This document shows, one piece after another, positions 43,501 to 57,898 of a DNA stretch of 64,000 bases (positions are counted from its first letter, which is position 1; each line of letters begins with the position of its first letter). Position numbers and translations under genes: made by a program. The DNA comes from Trichoplax sp. H2 (Eukaryota): positions 682,001 through 746,000 of the forward strand of contig NOWV01000002.1 in assembly GCA_003344405.1 (NCBI GenBank), written 5' to 3'. The notes beneath the pieces are model-generated. The model was given only the letters and a program-made list of their open reading frames with translations. It searched no databases and was not told the origin of the DNA.

Positions 43501-46500
43501 ATATAGTCTTGTTAAAGTCCATATCATATTTAAACTATAAAGTAACCTGACTGATAAATTCATTCATTTAAAGATTACCTGCATTGCCGGAGATAATGAT
43601 AGATTAAAATTGCGGTTAGACTACAAACGCTTATGAGTTATCGTCAGTAGCACGATTACAAAATCGATACTGATAGAAACAAAACGAAATTTTTTAACCA
43701 CAGTAACTACTAGAGAAGAAAATGTCGGCCCTTTTCATATTATGAAAACAAGAAACAAATTCATTTTACACCCAATAGTATACTACAGCAATAATTAAAG
43801 TCATGGAGTATTTTATGATTGCTATGGCATACTTGATATATGATTACTAGTATTGCAGTATATCAACTTTAAAGACGCAAATAAGACTAAATAATCAATA
43901 TCAGATATGAATTTTTTCATTAACTTTCTTATAAGTAAATATGATAGAGAAATAATAAATAGTTAATTAGACTACGTGATCGTTGCAATAAATAGATTTG
44001 CAAATCTAGACCTTTAGAATAAATATTAACGGCCGATTGTGTTATGCAAGATATCATAGTATGTTGCACGATATGATCGGTGCTTAACTACTGCATATAA
44101 GAATTTATTGGTATTCTACTGGCATAGTAAATTACTAGAGTAACTAAAGCAAGTACCGCATAGTATTTAGGATATCTGTGCCTTATTTCAATGTTTCAGT
44201 AATTTGTAAGTAGAAAATTACAACTACTACTAGCAATATGACGCTTCGAACCAAGTGCTATCAAAATGTTATAGTAAACTATTATCCTCTCCTAGATAAA
44301 CTGAACCTATGCGTTATTAAAAATCAGGTAACTTGAAGTATAGTTAGAATAGCATTAGTTATTATAGCATACAGTAGACAATTTTATAAAACTTTGCATA
44401 ATAGATAACGTAATTATCCAAAACACGAAAAGCATGTCTTCTAACGAAAGTTGGATATATTTATGTCCACCTAAATTGTGACAATCAGCTATTAAAAGCT
44501 AATAATTTCGTAAGTGTATAAAGACTACAGTAATTTGTGAAGTGGATATTGATAGGAAATAACGTTACTGTTTAAAGTAGAAGATCATCAAAATAGATAA
44601 ATAAAGGAAACGTGAGCGGATGTAGTATTCATCTTGTATTTTCTTTCAACATCAACGAGAATAGAAAACAGACATATGTTCAAATTTCTTCATATACTAT
44701 TTACATTTTGAAAGATTTTGTATACTCTGAGAAAGAAAACATAAGATGCCTCATTTATATAGTAGTTGTCACGGTTAAATGTCTTCGTCTTATTTTAGAA
44801 GCAAATACATGGAATAATTAATGGCTGCTGGATTTTAAAATAGATTTGTTCTTAATTCTGTTCTTTAAAGATTGTTAATTTCATAAACATCTACATTAAG
44901 ATTTAATCGACGTAGAGGTGGAACTCTACTATCATTATTGCTTATAAATCCTTGGTTATGTTAAAAATTTTAACCGAATTCTAATTATCCTGAATTTCAT
45001 CCAAACACTTGTTTTTAATAACAGGGTATGACTACTGCACATAAAGATCGTTATGGATTTAAAATATGATGACAGACTTCGTGAAAGAATCTAGATCAAT
45101 GTTTCACAAATTTAAAAATTAATTTAGATCTTATAAAAGGTATAATAAGAAAAAATTAAGTCTACAAATGATCTTTTTGCTCACTCTCTAGTACATTTGA
45201 TTATTATAATGCACTGGGATAGACTAAACACTCTCAATTTCTTGATCCATTGGCTTTTATTAACAGAGGTAAAAGCAGATTTTAGCATGAAAGTAAATCA
45301 TGCTAAATATTTTTGTTGGATAAAGATTGGTAGCATTTTATCTGAATTAAATTGCCCGATTACTTATTCGATTTGTTATCGCATGATGGCCATAAAATTT
45401 AACTCAAATCTGAATCATATAGGATAATATTTTATAATTCGAGCAGTTAACTTTAAGTTCTAATTACGATAATTTTTAAATTTATTTCATATATTTGCAA
45501 AAAAATGAGTAAAAACATAGCAAAGTCTGCTGTTAATCATATCAAGCGATTGCTTATGTATTTGATAGTATCGCTTTAAGCATGAATAGATTCTCACGTA
45601 AAGAACGGGAAGATTTTTGATTTAATGTACCTATATCCGATAATTGTAACATTGAAAGTTTTTCTCTAAATTTGAGTAGTTTATTAAGTTAATTCTATTT
45701 CTGAAAGAACGAATACGAGAAATGTAAATGTCTATCTCAGTGATATCATGATTAAGATTAATTTTGTCAATGAACTAGTTTCAAATTAGGCCGGCCGACT
45801 GTTGTCACTTACAGCACTATTAACCTGAGCATCAACGACTTACAGAGTAAGTTCCTGAAAAATTGCTAAAAATCTATCATAAGTCCCGATCTAAACTTTC
45901 TCCTGGCTATAATTAATCCATTTTTTTGAAAGCAATATCTTAACTTCGATGATTCAGTGGCTTGAATACGTGTACAAATGGTTCAGACTTTAACAAAAGC
46001 TAAGAATGTTTACTATTGTACTTGTACTTAATATTTTCTTATTCAAGAATTAAAGCATAGAAGAAATTGTTTACTATCTCAATTTCTAACTATCATCATG
46101 TTTAATAAAGTTAATTGATTTAATTAAGGAATTTCTTACTTTAAACTACAACTATTAAATGGATAAGCACTGGTAGATAAAAATAGGATTTTCCGTACTA
46201 CAGCAATAAGAAATACGTTTACGGTAAGGATAGGCAGGGTATCTACAAGATGGATATGAGAAATATTCGTCACCTTCTGTAATACTTATTCAAAAATATC
46301 GAAACACTATGCCTATAAGATAAGATGATCATAATCCCTTGTCCCGCTCTAGGCTTCCCTTGAAAATAATGATCGTATTTATTTAAAATACCAGCACTGC
46401 GTTAGATTACTCACGGGTAGTTTTATCACGATGAGATTGTAAGATATTCTTCGTTTGTACGCGATGGCGATCACCTCGATAACCGGGTACAAAGGATTCT

Positions 46501-47108
46501 TCATAAATAGTAATATTTAAATTTTCTAGTAACTTTTTAATATTAGTTGCCTGATACTGCCATATTTCCTGTGTTGATGCCATAATAGTGGCCGTCTTCC
46601 AGTGATATTGTTGAAGTATAAATGGAAATGAAGTCGCTAAAATATAAGTTGTACCTACAGTACGTGCAAATGTTGGATAAGTTACATGGCGTGATAGATC
46701 ATCAACCGAACAAGCATATGATATCATGGGTATATTCCATGATCCAGCTAAGATTGCACCCGGTTGACAAACAACGCTACAATCAGGCCCAATAAAAACA
46801 TGTGGATTAAACGTTGCTTTAATGTTCGCAATTGCAACTAAGCCATCTTTGGCTAAGCAATATGTGTTATAATATTTCATATTGATTTTAAATTGTGGCA
46901 GAAGTTGATATTTTACGATATCAGCTACACCAACAGGAACGGCACCTAATATTTTACTTAAAGTTATGTTATCGTTCCATGTTAGTAATGCGGCCATTCG
47001 CAATTCTGGTTTTCCTATACTATTTCGACCAGAAATAGATTTATTACATTTAGTTAGGTACAAAACCGATATCAGTAATGCCAATTGAATAAGGATTGAT
47101 TTCATCAT
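37587..47108 (-). CDS. Receptor guanylyl cyclase (natriuretic peptide receptor-like), isoform using proximal first exon A
   Basis: Exon A 46415-47108 (signal peptide; [24 protein letters not shown]) with donor GTGAGT. Constant exons from 42704: [39 protein letters not shown] helix [27 protein letters not shown], kinase-homology domain ([43 protein letters not shown]), cyclase ([38 protein letters not shown], with GTP-selective E/C residues). Stop at 37587-37589. Confidence 0.93.
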
Positions 47109-50100
47109 GGTGAATAATTTTCAATGAAAAGAAATAGATGAGTTATTAATCATGTAGGGCAGGAAAACGGAGATGAAATTTTGCTTTTTGAAACAGCACA
47201 AACAATGGAGAGAGACTCTTGTGGTATAACAATATATTAAATACAGAACGTAGATTTGTTTCCCAAGATCTTAAATATAATTGATGAGTAATTGTTGTAG
47301 GAAAATCAAATTTAAAATGAGGGTTAATTGCATCAACATATATGTATATATAATTTTCCGTTCTTTATCCTTTTAGATTTTCAAAGAATGATTAAGATGT
47401 ATTAAATTAGTTCTGACTCATCTGAATTGGTGCCTATTAATTTCAATTTTAGTTGGTAATTCAGATTCCAGTAGTGCGAAATGATTATTCGAGATTAGAA
47501 GGAGCAAAAATGAAATTTTTAGGAATTTAAAATTGCATAATGGCTAAATGAAAGCCATTTTCATCGTCAGTAGATATACAAGACTATATTAGCTACAATA
47601 TTGAATGTATATTTTAAAATAAAAGCGAGACAAAATTTCCAGATGCAAATTGACTTCAAGAACTTTTGTTTTATAACAATAATGATACAATTAAAATTGA
47701 AATACCATAAATAATGATTGTCATTATCATTATTTTTATAATAATGAGATATAGAATAATATATATATAATTATATACCCGGTAGATATCGTCTATAATG
47801 TAAAATTTTGTATGAAATACTATCAATCTGTTTTATATTGTTTTCTTTAAATTTTGAGTAATTCAATTCGTAACCTTATTGGACGATTTAAAAAAGACTT
47901 TACTTTTAGTTTTAATTTTATTTGAGTATAACTAGTTAATCTGCACTAATGTCTTTTCAAACGACTAATTTTTTTTCAGCCGTCAGCGATAATTATTACT
48001 TTTTGAATGACTATACAGTTATATAATCGTTATTGGAAAAAATTCAAGCAGAAGAAAATTAGATTTGTCGTTTATTTGTCACTACAAATAGAATAAGTCA
48101 ACCTATTCCCTCGCTTTCCTTAATTAAAAGTAATTTAACTATTGACGAAGATAGATTAACTTAAAATCAATAGATTTGATAATGGAATCGTCCAATGTTT
48201 AGAAAAATTTCAGCTTGATTAATTAATTTGAAGCCTTTTTGCCTTAATGATTACGATGTCTATTTACTAATATGATTGTTGGTAAGGTTGCTGTATTTTA
48301 GGCCAAATGATCCTATTTGTTTTATTTTACTTGTCTGAAGGACTTCTTTGATGATGTTAGCAGCTGTAGTTTAATCAGTTTAGTCTATTCGGCAATATGA
48401 TTTTCTACGAATTGATCTGACTTATTTCTGGATGCGAAGAATAAAACTATGTTTTTGCTAGCGTTCAGTTGAGAAAGTTGGTAATATTACCTCATTTGTC
48501 AAAATTTTTCTTCTAGATTACGAAAACTATTTTCTTGTTTAAGTATGATAATGGTAAATGGAGATATTGCAAGATAATGAAATAAAGCACAATTATTACT
48601 CTTGAATCCAAAAATATGATTATTAAAATTTTGTAGTATTGCTTCGCTTGTTTAATTTCGCTTGATTTGCAAAACAAAATGTAGCTAGTTCGTAAAAGCT
48701 TTTGAGCTCTTATTTACTTGAATTATTAACGAAAAGGATATATGTACGTATATTTGATCGTTTACGTGGAAAACTTTTCTTCAATGGGATGAGCAATGAC
48801 TATTGTACTTGATTGATATTCGTCTCAAACCTCAATTGGATTATTAATAGCCAATACCTGCAGTAACATTGTGACATAAAATCCTTTCATCTACGAAATT
48901 ATTTTCTTTACATTCACTTTCCCTTTAGTAAAGTATATAAGACAAATTTCAGATCGTGTTTATGTCAATGTCTTTAAAATTCTTTTTCTAGTGGTAATTA
49001 TTCGAATAATCCACCGCTTGTGACCTTCTTAATTCAAGCTAACAATTATTAATATAATCTTAAAATTTGTCTTATTCAATGATATTTATGTCGATGTATG
49101 TTAATTTAGTAATTGTTTTAGGTATTCTTGTCAATATTACGAGACGAATGCAACCATTAAATGTTTTCTTCAGGGAAACGATGACTAATAATGGAATTTT
49201 ATTTTTATAATGCGGCTATGTCTATCCAAATTTGGATAAATCTAGTAATATTTCAATTGAAGCAATATCTTCTACACAATGATAATTTATTCCTTTCTAA
49301 AATGACTTTCAATGACCAGTGAATTTATTCACATCGGACTGTTGTTATTCGATAATTATAATAAAGTGGTCCTAGTATTTCTAAATATTGTCTTTCTCGA
49401 TCGATCTCAATTCGGTAATAAATGTAATCTCTTTTAAGTACGCCGCCGACTGTTTCTTTCAATATTATGGTAGTGATAAAAAGAATATTCTCAGATATTT
49501 GAAATCATTATTTTCTTACACAGCACTGAGTCTTCTAGCTTTAATGTTAAATTTTTATGTTTGCGTCTTTGGGGGTTAGTATCATAGTCAAAGTAATTGA
49601 AAGAGAAGAAATTGATTAAGTCAGCGATGGGATTAGTAAATGCTGCAACTGCTCTCACGATTTCTCAACGAAAATTTTAATTATATTGACAGATAGAAGG
49701 TGAATACAACAGCTATCTTGACCTCTTCTGATTTTTCAACGGTCGTTATCAATAGATTGTTATTGATTTAAAATGACAATATTTTTTTCCAGCAATTAAG
49801 CATGTCCTAACAGCTATTACTTCAAAATAGGTTTAGTAAGTGATGCGGACGTAGTCTTGATCTTGAATGATTTTGACACCCTTTTGAATATTATTACGCC
49901 AACTTAATTGCGATTGCCTTTATATTCAGCTTAATTATTGTAAAATTTCAAATATCGGGATGATAAATGTGCTCTAGAATGAAATGGGGGTGTATTAAAT
50001 TGCTATGTTTTTCTTTCAATGTTGGTTGAAGGATTTTCGAAAAGATAGGAACATTTAAAGTTTTTACCTTGAATGGAATTGTGATAAATTAAATTGTTTC

Positions 50101-53100
50101 TTCAAAGTTAACTGAAGTATTTTGGGACTATTGTGGAAATATTTGTTGATTCAGTTACAGTCTTGGATCAAGTCAAGAAAAAAGTAGTTTTTGAATGTCT
50201 GCTAAAATGATTAAAATAATATTTAGAAGTTTGGCGGTTGAATTTCGACAACTACTGTATTTATATCATTTTAGAGAAACCAAGGAATAAGATTTCAAGT
50301 TTGAAATAGATGTCAGTCATTTTCTCGGGAGTAAACCATAAAAAATATCTGTGATCGAAGATGACTTATTTTAAAATTATTATTCTGTTACATAAGAACG
50401 AGTAAACCAATGGATAATCTCCTATTGCTCGTATTTAAGATGAGGCAGTCTATCCAGTTCAGATTATCTTAAAATGTATGACAGTATTGAGGAAATACTT
50501 TTCATGAACAATATTGAAGATTCGATCCAACCACTTTATAGTCTCTTGATAGTTACGGTATTAAAAATTTTAATAAGATTGATGTAACTTGTCATTAAGT
50601 ATTTGGCCCGTTAAAAATATGGTAGTCTGATGCCTTATTTTTCATTATTAATTATTTTTTTACAAATCCATAAGAACAAGGTATATTCCAAAATTAATAA
50701 GAACTAATTAATAATTCTAGAATAATTAATAAATTAAAGTACTTGTCTCTTTATGCTATGTCAGACAACGAATACCGTCAGAAAGAAATAAAGTCAATGG
50801 AATCGAGGATAAATTTAAAAATGGACTGGATTTCTTATGTATCATTATAACGTTAATGTCAGATAAATGTCAACGTCGATAAGAAAAAAAATTTCGCTCG
50901 TCATTAATAAATGTAAAAATAGACTAAAGATTAGATTTAAAAATGTATAATATTTGCTTAAATAACAATAATAGCGATCATTATGTCGAAAAATAATTTA
51001 TGTCTTTGTTTTTACTTATAAAAGAGACAGCAAATACTCAACAAAAAGAGAAAAAAAAAAATAAAATAAAATAATAGAGAATGTAAAATATGATCAAAAA
51101 TCGGTTCTTTTCCATTAACATCTGTGTTCTAAGCAGGTGCATATCGAGGATAATTCTCCGTTGACCTTATTCATTATTTTGTAGTTTGCGATGATAACAA
51201 TAAATAACTTGTCATTAATAAGGTTATTTCGTTAATGCTTATAATGTCAACATACTCAAATCAATGGTATCAAGATCGTACTGAAGAGTCATTTCATAAA
51301 TAGACATTGCACTACTTCCTATGTACTGTATCATTACTACTACTACTAATTTCTGATCAAAATTTGCAGTAGATATACCTGCACTTATAAAAATACAGAC
51401 TTTCTTCTATAAGATTTTACCGGCGTAAAATATATCAATCAGCTTTAACACTTGATAAGCTTAGTAAAAATTATTAAAATATCCCTAATACCTTACAGTT
51501 AAGCGAAGCTTTTGTTGGCTAAAATTGTAGGGAATGCTTTGTTAACTCTATGCTCTGTTATGTACATTAGATAAAGTAAAGATTGATATATGAAAGAAAT
51601 ATCGATCTCAGTATATACAACGTGAATTTCATTACCTCGAATTATATTGCTATAGAAATGCAGATAAACCTTCCGAGTAAGTTTAGTAATATTACCAAAA
51701 GACATACGGTATGATGAAGTACTGCAATTATCTGGTTTTCTATCAAAAAATTCAATTTGTTGTTTATAGACAGCAAGAGATCCACTCTCTTTTATATATA
51801 TATATACTTCTGTAGATTATTTTTAATATCAATATTACCCTATGGAAGCTTAATGTATGTTTACATGGCTTAGAACTTCCATAAAGTTGACCAACTTGCA
51901 ACGAATAAAAGATATGCTGTATATGTACGGGAATATATTGGCTACAGTAAGCTTCAGACAATGACATAGCCATTAGTACTAGAGTTTTACATAGTAGATG
52001 ACACATATCTTTACATATTGAGGTGGTGAATGGCTGATATTGGCAGCAAAGCATTTAGAAAAGAAAATTGCAGATATTTTAAGTGATGTAGTATAACGAC
52101 GGAAATGACCGGTTTTAGACTTAAGAATGCACAAAGTCATGTCTTTCATAATCTATCGATTTATGTCAAATGATCAATTTGCGATAAGTTTAAGAATGAG
52201 TTACGTTATAAATTCAATTTAACTTTAAGAATTTAATTATCGATCTAATGAAATAATTTTTTGATAATTAATAATGTATGATTAATATCTTGTTACATAT
52301 TATACACCTACAAATATACAAGTATGTGAGCAATTGTACCGAGGATCATATCAACACCTTTTTACAATCATAAAGAAAACAATTTATCTATATTAAGATT
52401 CAAGTGCAAGTTTTAATACGTTGAATGAAATAAAGTTTACTGTTTGACCAGGATTTAGTACGTTTAAGCAGGGCTTAGTACGGATATCAATAGTGAAAAG
52501 ATAATGTAGAGTCTAAGATGTATTGCTAAGCTGTGCTTCAATGTTAATTCTCGAAGCAGGATTACCAAGCAGTATGTATCTGTAATACTAAGTTATATTA
52601 GTATTGCACTAAAATAAACAAAAGTGAATTGAATTACACTAATCTGGCGTAGCAATCAATATACCGCCAGATTGCGATTAAACTTTAACAATGTACAGGT
52701 ACCTCATTTATATTATAACAACTGTAAATTTAGTTTGACAATGCTGTCGATTTCTATCTCATAAATCAATTATAAAGTTAAGTAATTTCCCTTGTGGATT
52801 AGCGATGAAAAACAGATGACAATTAAATTACAGAAACTTACTACGATATTTAATCAATTTTTCCAAATTCACTTATTTAGTATGGCTTCTTTAACTCGTT
52901 TTAATGTAGCTTATTCATAGTATAACTATAAGATAATAGTGCCGTTTAAATATTTGAAACTTGTTTCATTCTTGAACATCATCAATAATGATACAATAGT
53001 TGCTTGATATCAAGCTGCAACTATTGCTGATATAATAAGCATTACAATCATCAGAATTATTGATTACATTATTCTTACCTTCTCTTCACATGCTAATTAT

Positions 53101-55706
53101 AATTATTGGATACAGGTGATTAGCAGTGGAATATGATCGTAAGCAGCCAGTTACAAGATATCCATAAATTGTTTAATATTGCGTCAAAACTTTTAAGAGT
53201 CAATTTTAGCGGCGAATACTTGATAAGTTGGTACAAATCGTTAAAGTGCATCAATTACTATATTGTATGATCATTAATTTTCTAGTCTTATGCTTGGTTT
53301 CATCTTGGAAATTAGATAGATCAAATCATATACATAATTAATTGATTATTCCGTAACTGAGTTATTGATATTGTTTTCGAATTGTTTTTGTTTTGATCTA
53401 AAACTTGACAGTACACGCTCTGTAACGTTTAAATACATTCCATATAAACTGATGAACCTGAAACTAACGAAATTTTTGTTTTCTTGCTCTTTGCAGTATA
53501 TACTATATGTGCGTAAAATATGGCTAAAGCTTAAAATGCGGCTATTAAATAAAGCATAATAACCGATTTCAAATATTAGCTGTAAGATACGCGCATATAT
53601 TCGATTTATTATAGGATCAAATGTCAAATAAGCAATGTATAAATTTATAAATCTAGCTATTAGGAGATCCTGTGGGGCTCAGTATTTTCGCACCACATTG
53701 CGCCTGAATTGGCAAACTGATTAGGATAGGATAAATCAATTGGATAATTTATTATTTACTATTAGTGGAACCAGTACTATAGCATTATTATTTAATCATT
53801 TCTGTGTTAATTTGCAAAAAAACGACGTAGCTCATACTATCAGAATGGGTACGAATATAAATTATGCGATATTATTTAGTCGTCGTTTACTATCCAGATA
53901 TCTTATCGTACCGTATCTAACTTAAAATTTCGTGCAAGAGGTAAAGAAATGAATAAAGCTGTGCTACCATTAGCGGAAGTAGTCGTATTTTAAGATAAAT
54001 TAATAGACATATTTGACATTAAATAAAATTATACGGTTCGGATAGAGTTTAAATGTAGCATTAATCGGAAAGCTTATCGTTAGTTAGATCAGTTAAAAAT
54101 TTATCATTATCTTTGGTTTCTACTATTAAATCATGGAACTTAAAAGCTACATTGCTTTTTCTGCGTAGCTCATTTTTTTGCATTTAAAGTAATGCTTTAT
54201 AGTAAGACTGGCTAATCTGTACGTGATGGATCAACATTTCAATACTGTATTAAGCTATCCAAATAAGTTGGCATTTAGATGCTAACGTAATCAACTGCAA
54301 ATCATCATGTTTATGATTCTTAATTCCCCTCCCCCCATAAGTATGTTCAAGGACTATAGTATTGTATTATTTTCGAAAAGATCTAGGTTCATTATAACCG
54401 GGTATACTTGCTACTAAATGATCCAATATCATTATTATACTGCAGAGTTGCCCGAGTTCTCAGAATTACGGTAGCGATTTTTGAGCGATCATAGTGTCTT
54501 ATACGGTATACGAGTACATCTTTCACAACATTAAAAATGTCTCAATATTACTTTTAATAGCGATTTTAAATCAATAGACTGATTCCAGGACATGGTATTA
54601 CAAAAATTATACTAATAATATTAAATAATTGGATAACTAGATAAGCACAACTACTATCGAACTTCTTACTATGTTCTTTAGAGTATTAATCGTGTAATAG
54701 AAAGTATTGGTAGTCTAACAGATAGTAATATTTGTACAACAATGAATAATTATGGAACAAAAGTATTGTTGTTGTACTACGACATATATTAATTATCGTG
54801 TAGGCTTGGTCAATTGTTGAGATCCTTAGATCAACAAGATTTTTCCTTCATATCACTCTACCTTATGGAAAGAATAGAATATGGTATATGCCTTGAGAAA
54901 CTTCTAGTATACCGTACTCTGCAAGATCATTTCATTTTATTACGTGGCGTTTGCTTTTATTTTTAAACATGGCTTGTAAGCTTGATATCGATCGTATCAA
55001 CTTCTAGTTACTTTTCTGAATCACGTAATATTCTAGAAATAGTCAAGTTCCTAGAAGAATTCTTGAGGGTTACATATGAGGTATAATTGCGATTTTCTTC
55101 CGTCCCATTGCGTGACATATCCCTTTATTTATAAATATGGTTAGGAAGAATGAACTTGTATATCTAAGTCCAAATACGTATTCATACAACGTTAGGATTT
55201 AAAAAGGTTTCCTAAAAGAACTCTTATATATATATTTACCTTTAAATTTTGAATATGACAAGAAAAATTCTTTGGGGTTATTGGAAATGCTCTTTAAATT
55301 ATAAACCTGCATGTTTTGCATGGTGTTGTTATACATTTTAACCCTTCTTTTTCAAACAAAGTCGGAAACCTTGCTTCATGCATTTACATAGAAATATTGT
55401 GCGTTATTTTTTGTTTCGAAATATTGAAAATTATGAACGAATTGCTAGAAGAAGTCTTCCGCAGACTTTATGGAAATATTTTATACGGCATGTTTTGTAA
55501 TTTCATTGCATAGGTTAAGTATTGCCGTATTTGAATATGGCTTTGAAAGCATGTCCTCGCATCCGTCCAAATACGTATTTTGTATCAATTTGTTGGGCCA
55601 ATATAACATTTCCGAGAGATATTTAAGCGTGTGCTTAGAGCAGAATCATATCAGTTATTTCAAGTTTCAGTTTTTCCGTCAGTGTTAATTTGCTTCCTGC
55701 TTTACT

Positions 55707-56444
55707 ATGAGGAAAAAGGAAAATGATAACAATAATATTGCCAGAAAAAATGATTCCGAAAGCCAAATAGATAGCCGTGGCAATTCACCCACATTGAGGG
55801 AAGAAAATGAAAAAAGCAATATCAACGATTTTCAGAAACCGCCTTTTTCGTATAATGCATTAATTTTGATGGCTATTAAAAGTTCGCCTAATAAAAGATT
55901 GACGCTAAGTCAAATCTACGATTATATCGTGAAAAACTATCCATACTACCGTAAGAAAAAGCAAAATTGGCAAAATTCAATCCGGCATAATTTGAGTTTA
56001 AATAAATGCTTTGTTAAAACCGAACGCAGTTTCAACGATCCTGGAAAAGGGAGTTACTGGGAATTGAATCAATCATGCGAGGATATTGAAATTGGTCCTA
56101 AAACTGGCAAATTACGCCGAAAGAATAATTCGTCGAATAGATTACGTTCGTATCAAATCAGCTTTAGTCCTTATTCGATATCGTCTGTGACTGCGACCAC
56201 TGCAGGTAATGGAGTAGCACGCAGTAGGCCTTCAAGATTTTTTAATGCACATTCATTCAACGCTCAAGAAAGCCTTACTGCTGCTGACCCTTTCGTCGGT
56301 AATAATCAGATTGCTCTTGCTGCCAATGCATTTCGGCTGCCGTCAATATCGACATCTATTCCTATGATATATAGTATTTCTTCTGCCTATTCCTGTCATC
56401 ACCCTCTTTCGGGTACACAGAATTCATTTGTTAATATATATTAA
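55707..56444 (+). CDS. FoxG: Forkhead transcription factor, FoxG class
   Basis: [23 protein letters not shown]...[17 protein letters not shown]...DPGKGSYW...[11 protein letters not shown]. The PPFSYNAL and IG.TGKLRR signatures are FoxG-type. The true N-terminus is uncertain. Confidence 0.9.
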   Translation: MRKKENDNNNIARKNDSESQIDSRGNSPTLREENEKSNINDFQKPPFSYNALILMAIKSSPNKRLTLSQIYDYIVKNYPYYRKKKQNWQNSIRHNLSLNKCFVKTERSFNDPGKGSYWELNQSCEDIEIGPKTGKLRRKNNSSNRLRSYQISFSPYSISSVTATTAGNGVARSRPSRFFNAHSFNAQESLTAADPFVGNNQIALAANAFRLPSISTSIPMIYSISSAYSCHHPLSGTQNSFVNIY

Positions 56445-57204
56445 TCGGCAAAAAAGATTTTTGCCATAAATCATTTGGTCGTAAATATTCAATATATATA
56501 TGACGTGGTTAGAAAACTTTCGCATTTGATGCGAACAGAGTGATAAGAAGAAGTTGAATAGCTTCCCTGTTGATACTAACAGTATTTTCTCGTATGTTTG
56601 AACGTTATTTAGTTGTTGGATAGCTAGTGGAAATAAAGTGATATTAAAAGTAGTTTATGTTCGAAAGCTATAAACTCGTACTAGTAGAATTTATATTGTT
56701 GACGTGAGCAAAATAATTAGAATGGTAGTAATCGTTGATAGATTACATGTATATTGGTTTTGAGGGTTGAATGGTTTATAGTTATATTGGTTATGATAGT
56801 TGATGATAAAAACGCTGGAATTATTAGATATGTTAGCAGCTATGTATCTTATTTGACTAAGTAAAATAAAATTTGATCAAATAATCCGTTTAAGCGTATT
56901 AAAATGAGTTATTATAGTTTATGATCAGAAATTGTACAATTACAAACGCACGTATATTTAAAATGGACCCCATCGATATGAAGCTGACTTGTAACCTAGA
57001 TAGAAATGCTCGCGTATATATATCCTCGATCGCGGCGTTAAATTAATACACAATTGTCTTTTTTATGAACAAAAAGTACGAATTCGGTTAATCGTTATTC
57101 TCATGCAGTTCAGCAAATTATGTATTTAGCAGCAGTTTCTGCCTCGAAATAAGTCACAAACATATTCGCATATATTTCTGTAGTATGCAACTATTTCTAC
57201 TTAC

Positions 57205-57898
57205 TGCGTGCTTGGATCAATAACTCAGCCTTGTGTCTTAAAGGTACCTTCTTGTCGTTAGATAAACCAACTCCAGTTTGAAAATTATACTGTTCGAATT
57301 TAATCCCTTGCGGTGCACCTTGCTTAATAGCGATTGCCACTACTTGCCATGCATTCTCTAACGATGTTAACAAACCAACTCTGGTCCAGTTGTAGTGCTT
57401 GACTAATAGTTGTATTAATTTACCAACAGCGGAATAAGGGCCCGAAGTACGAGTAAATGTAGCAAATTTTTTCTTATCAGATAATGAGGGAGATGCACAA
57501 CCCCATGATATCATGGGTACATTCCAAGCAGCTGCCAAAATGCCTCCTGGCTCACACCCAACACTACAAGCAGGTCCAACGAATGATCGAACTGGTTGTT
57601 GCTTGTTTCGCCACAGATTCGCCATAGCGGTCAAACTATCTTGCGTTGTACAACCACTGTTGACTAGAGTAGTATATAGGCGATAGTTGACTAATACAGA
57701 CGAATCATTGTTAACGGTTTCGATTGCAATATCTGCACCAGGTATAATATGAGTGGGTGCTATCCAGCCACCTGATGTTGGTATCATTAATCCAATATGC
57801 AACAATTGTGTTTGCTGCGAACTACTGTTATTACATAAGACCATTAAACAGAACGGTCCAGTCAATAATAACGTCAATACTACCATCCTTGAAGCCAT
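57205..57898 (-). CDS. Distal alternative first exon B of the receptor guanylyl cyclase (signal peptide plus N-terminal ANF-receptor ligand-binding segment)
   Basis: Intact ORF MASRMVVLTLLLTG...FVGPACSVGCEPGGILAAAWNVPMISWGCASPSLSDKKKFATFTRT...QAR, ending at a phase-1 GTAAGT donor (57204). No downstream receptor exons are visible until exon A and the shared acceptor at 42704. Confidence 0.85.

Noticed and set aside
45280..45308. Short inverted repeat TTTAGCATGA...TCATGCTAAA, and similar hairpins near 54813 and 56447
   Set aside because: Stems of 10 bp or less are expected by chance in very AT-rich DNA.
46415..57898. Exons A and B as consecutive exons of one tandem-domain receptor
   Set aside because: Exon A has its own ATG and signal peptide and duplicates the same half-domain as exon B, so mutually exclusive first-exon use is more parsimonious.
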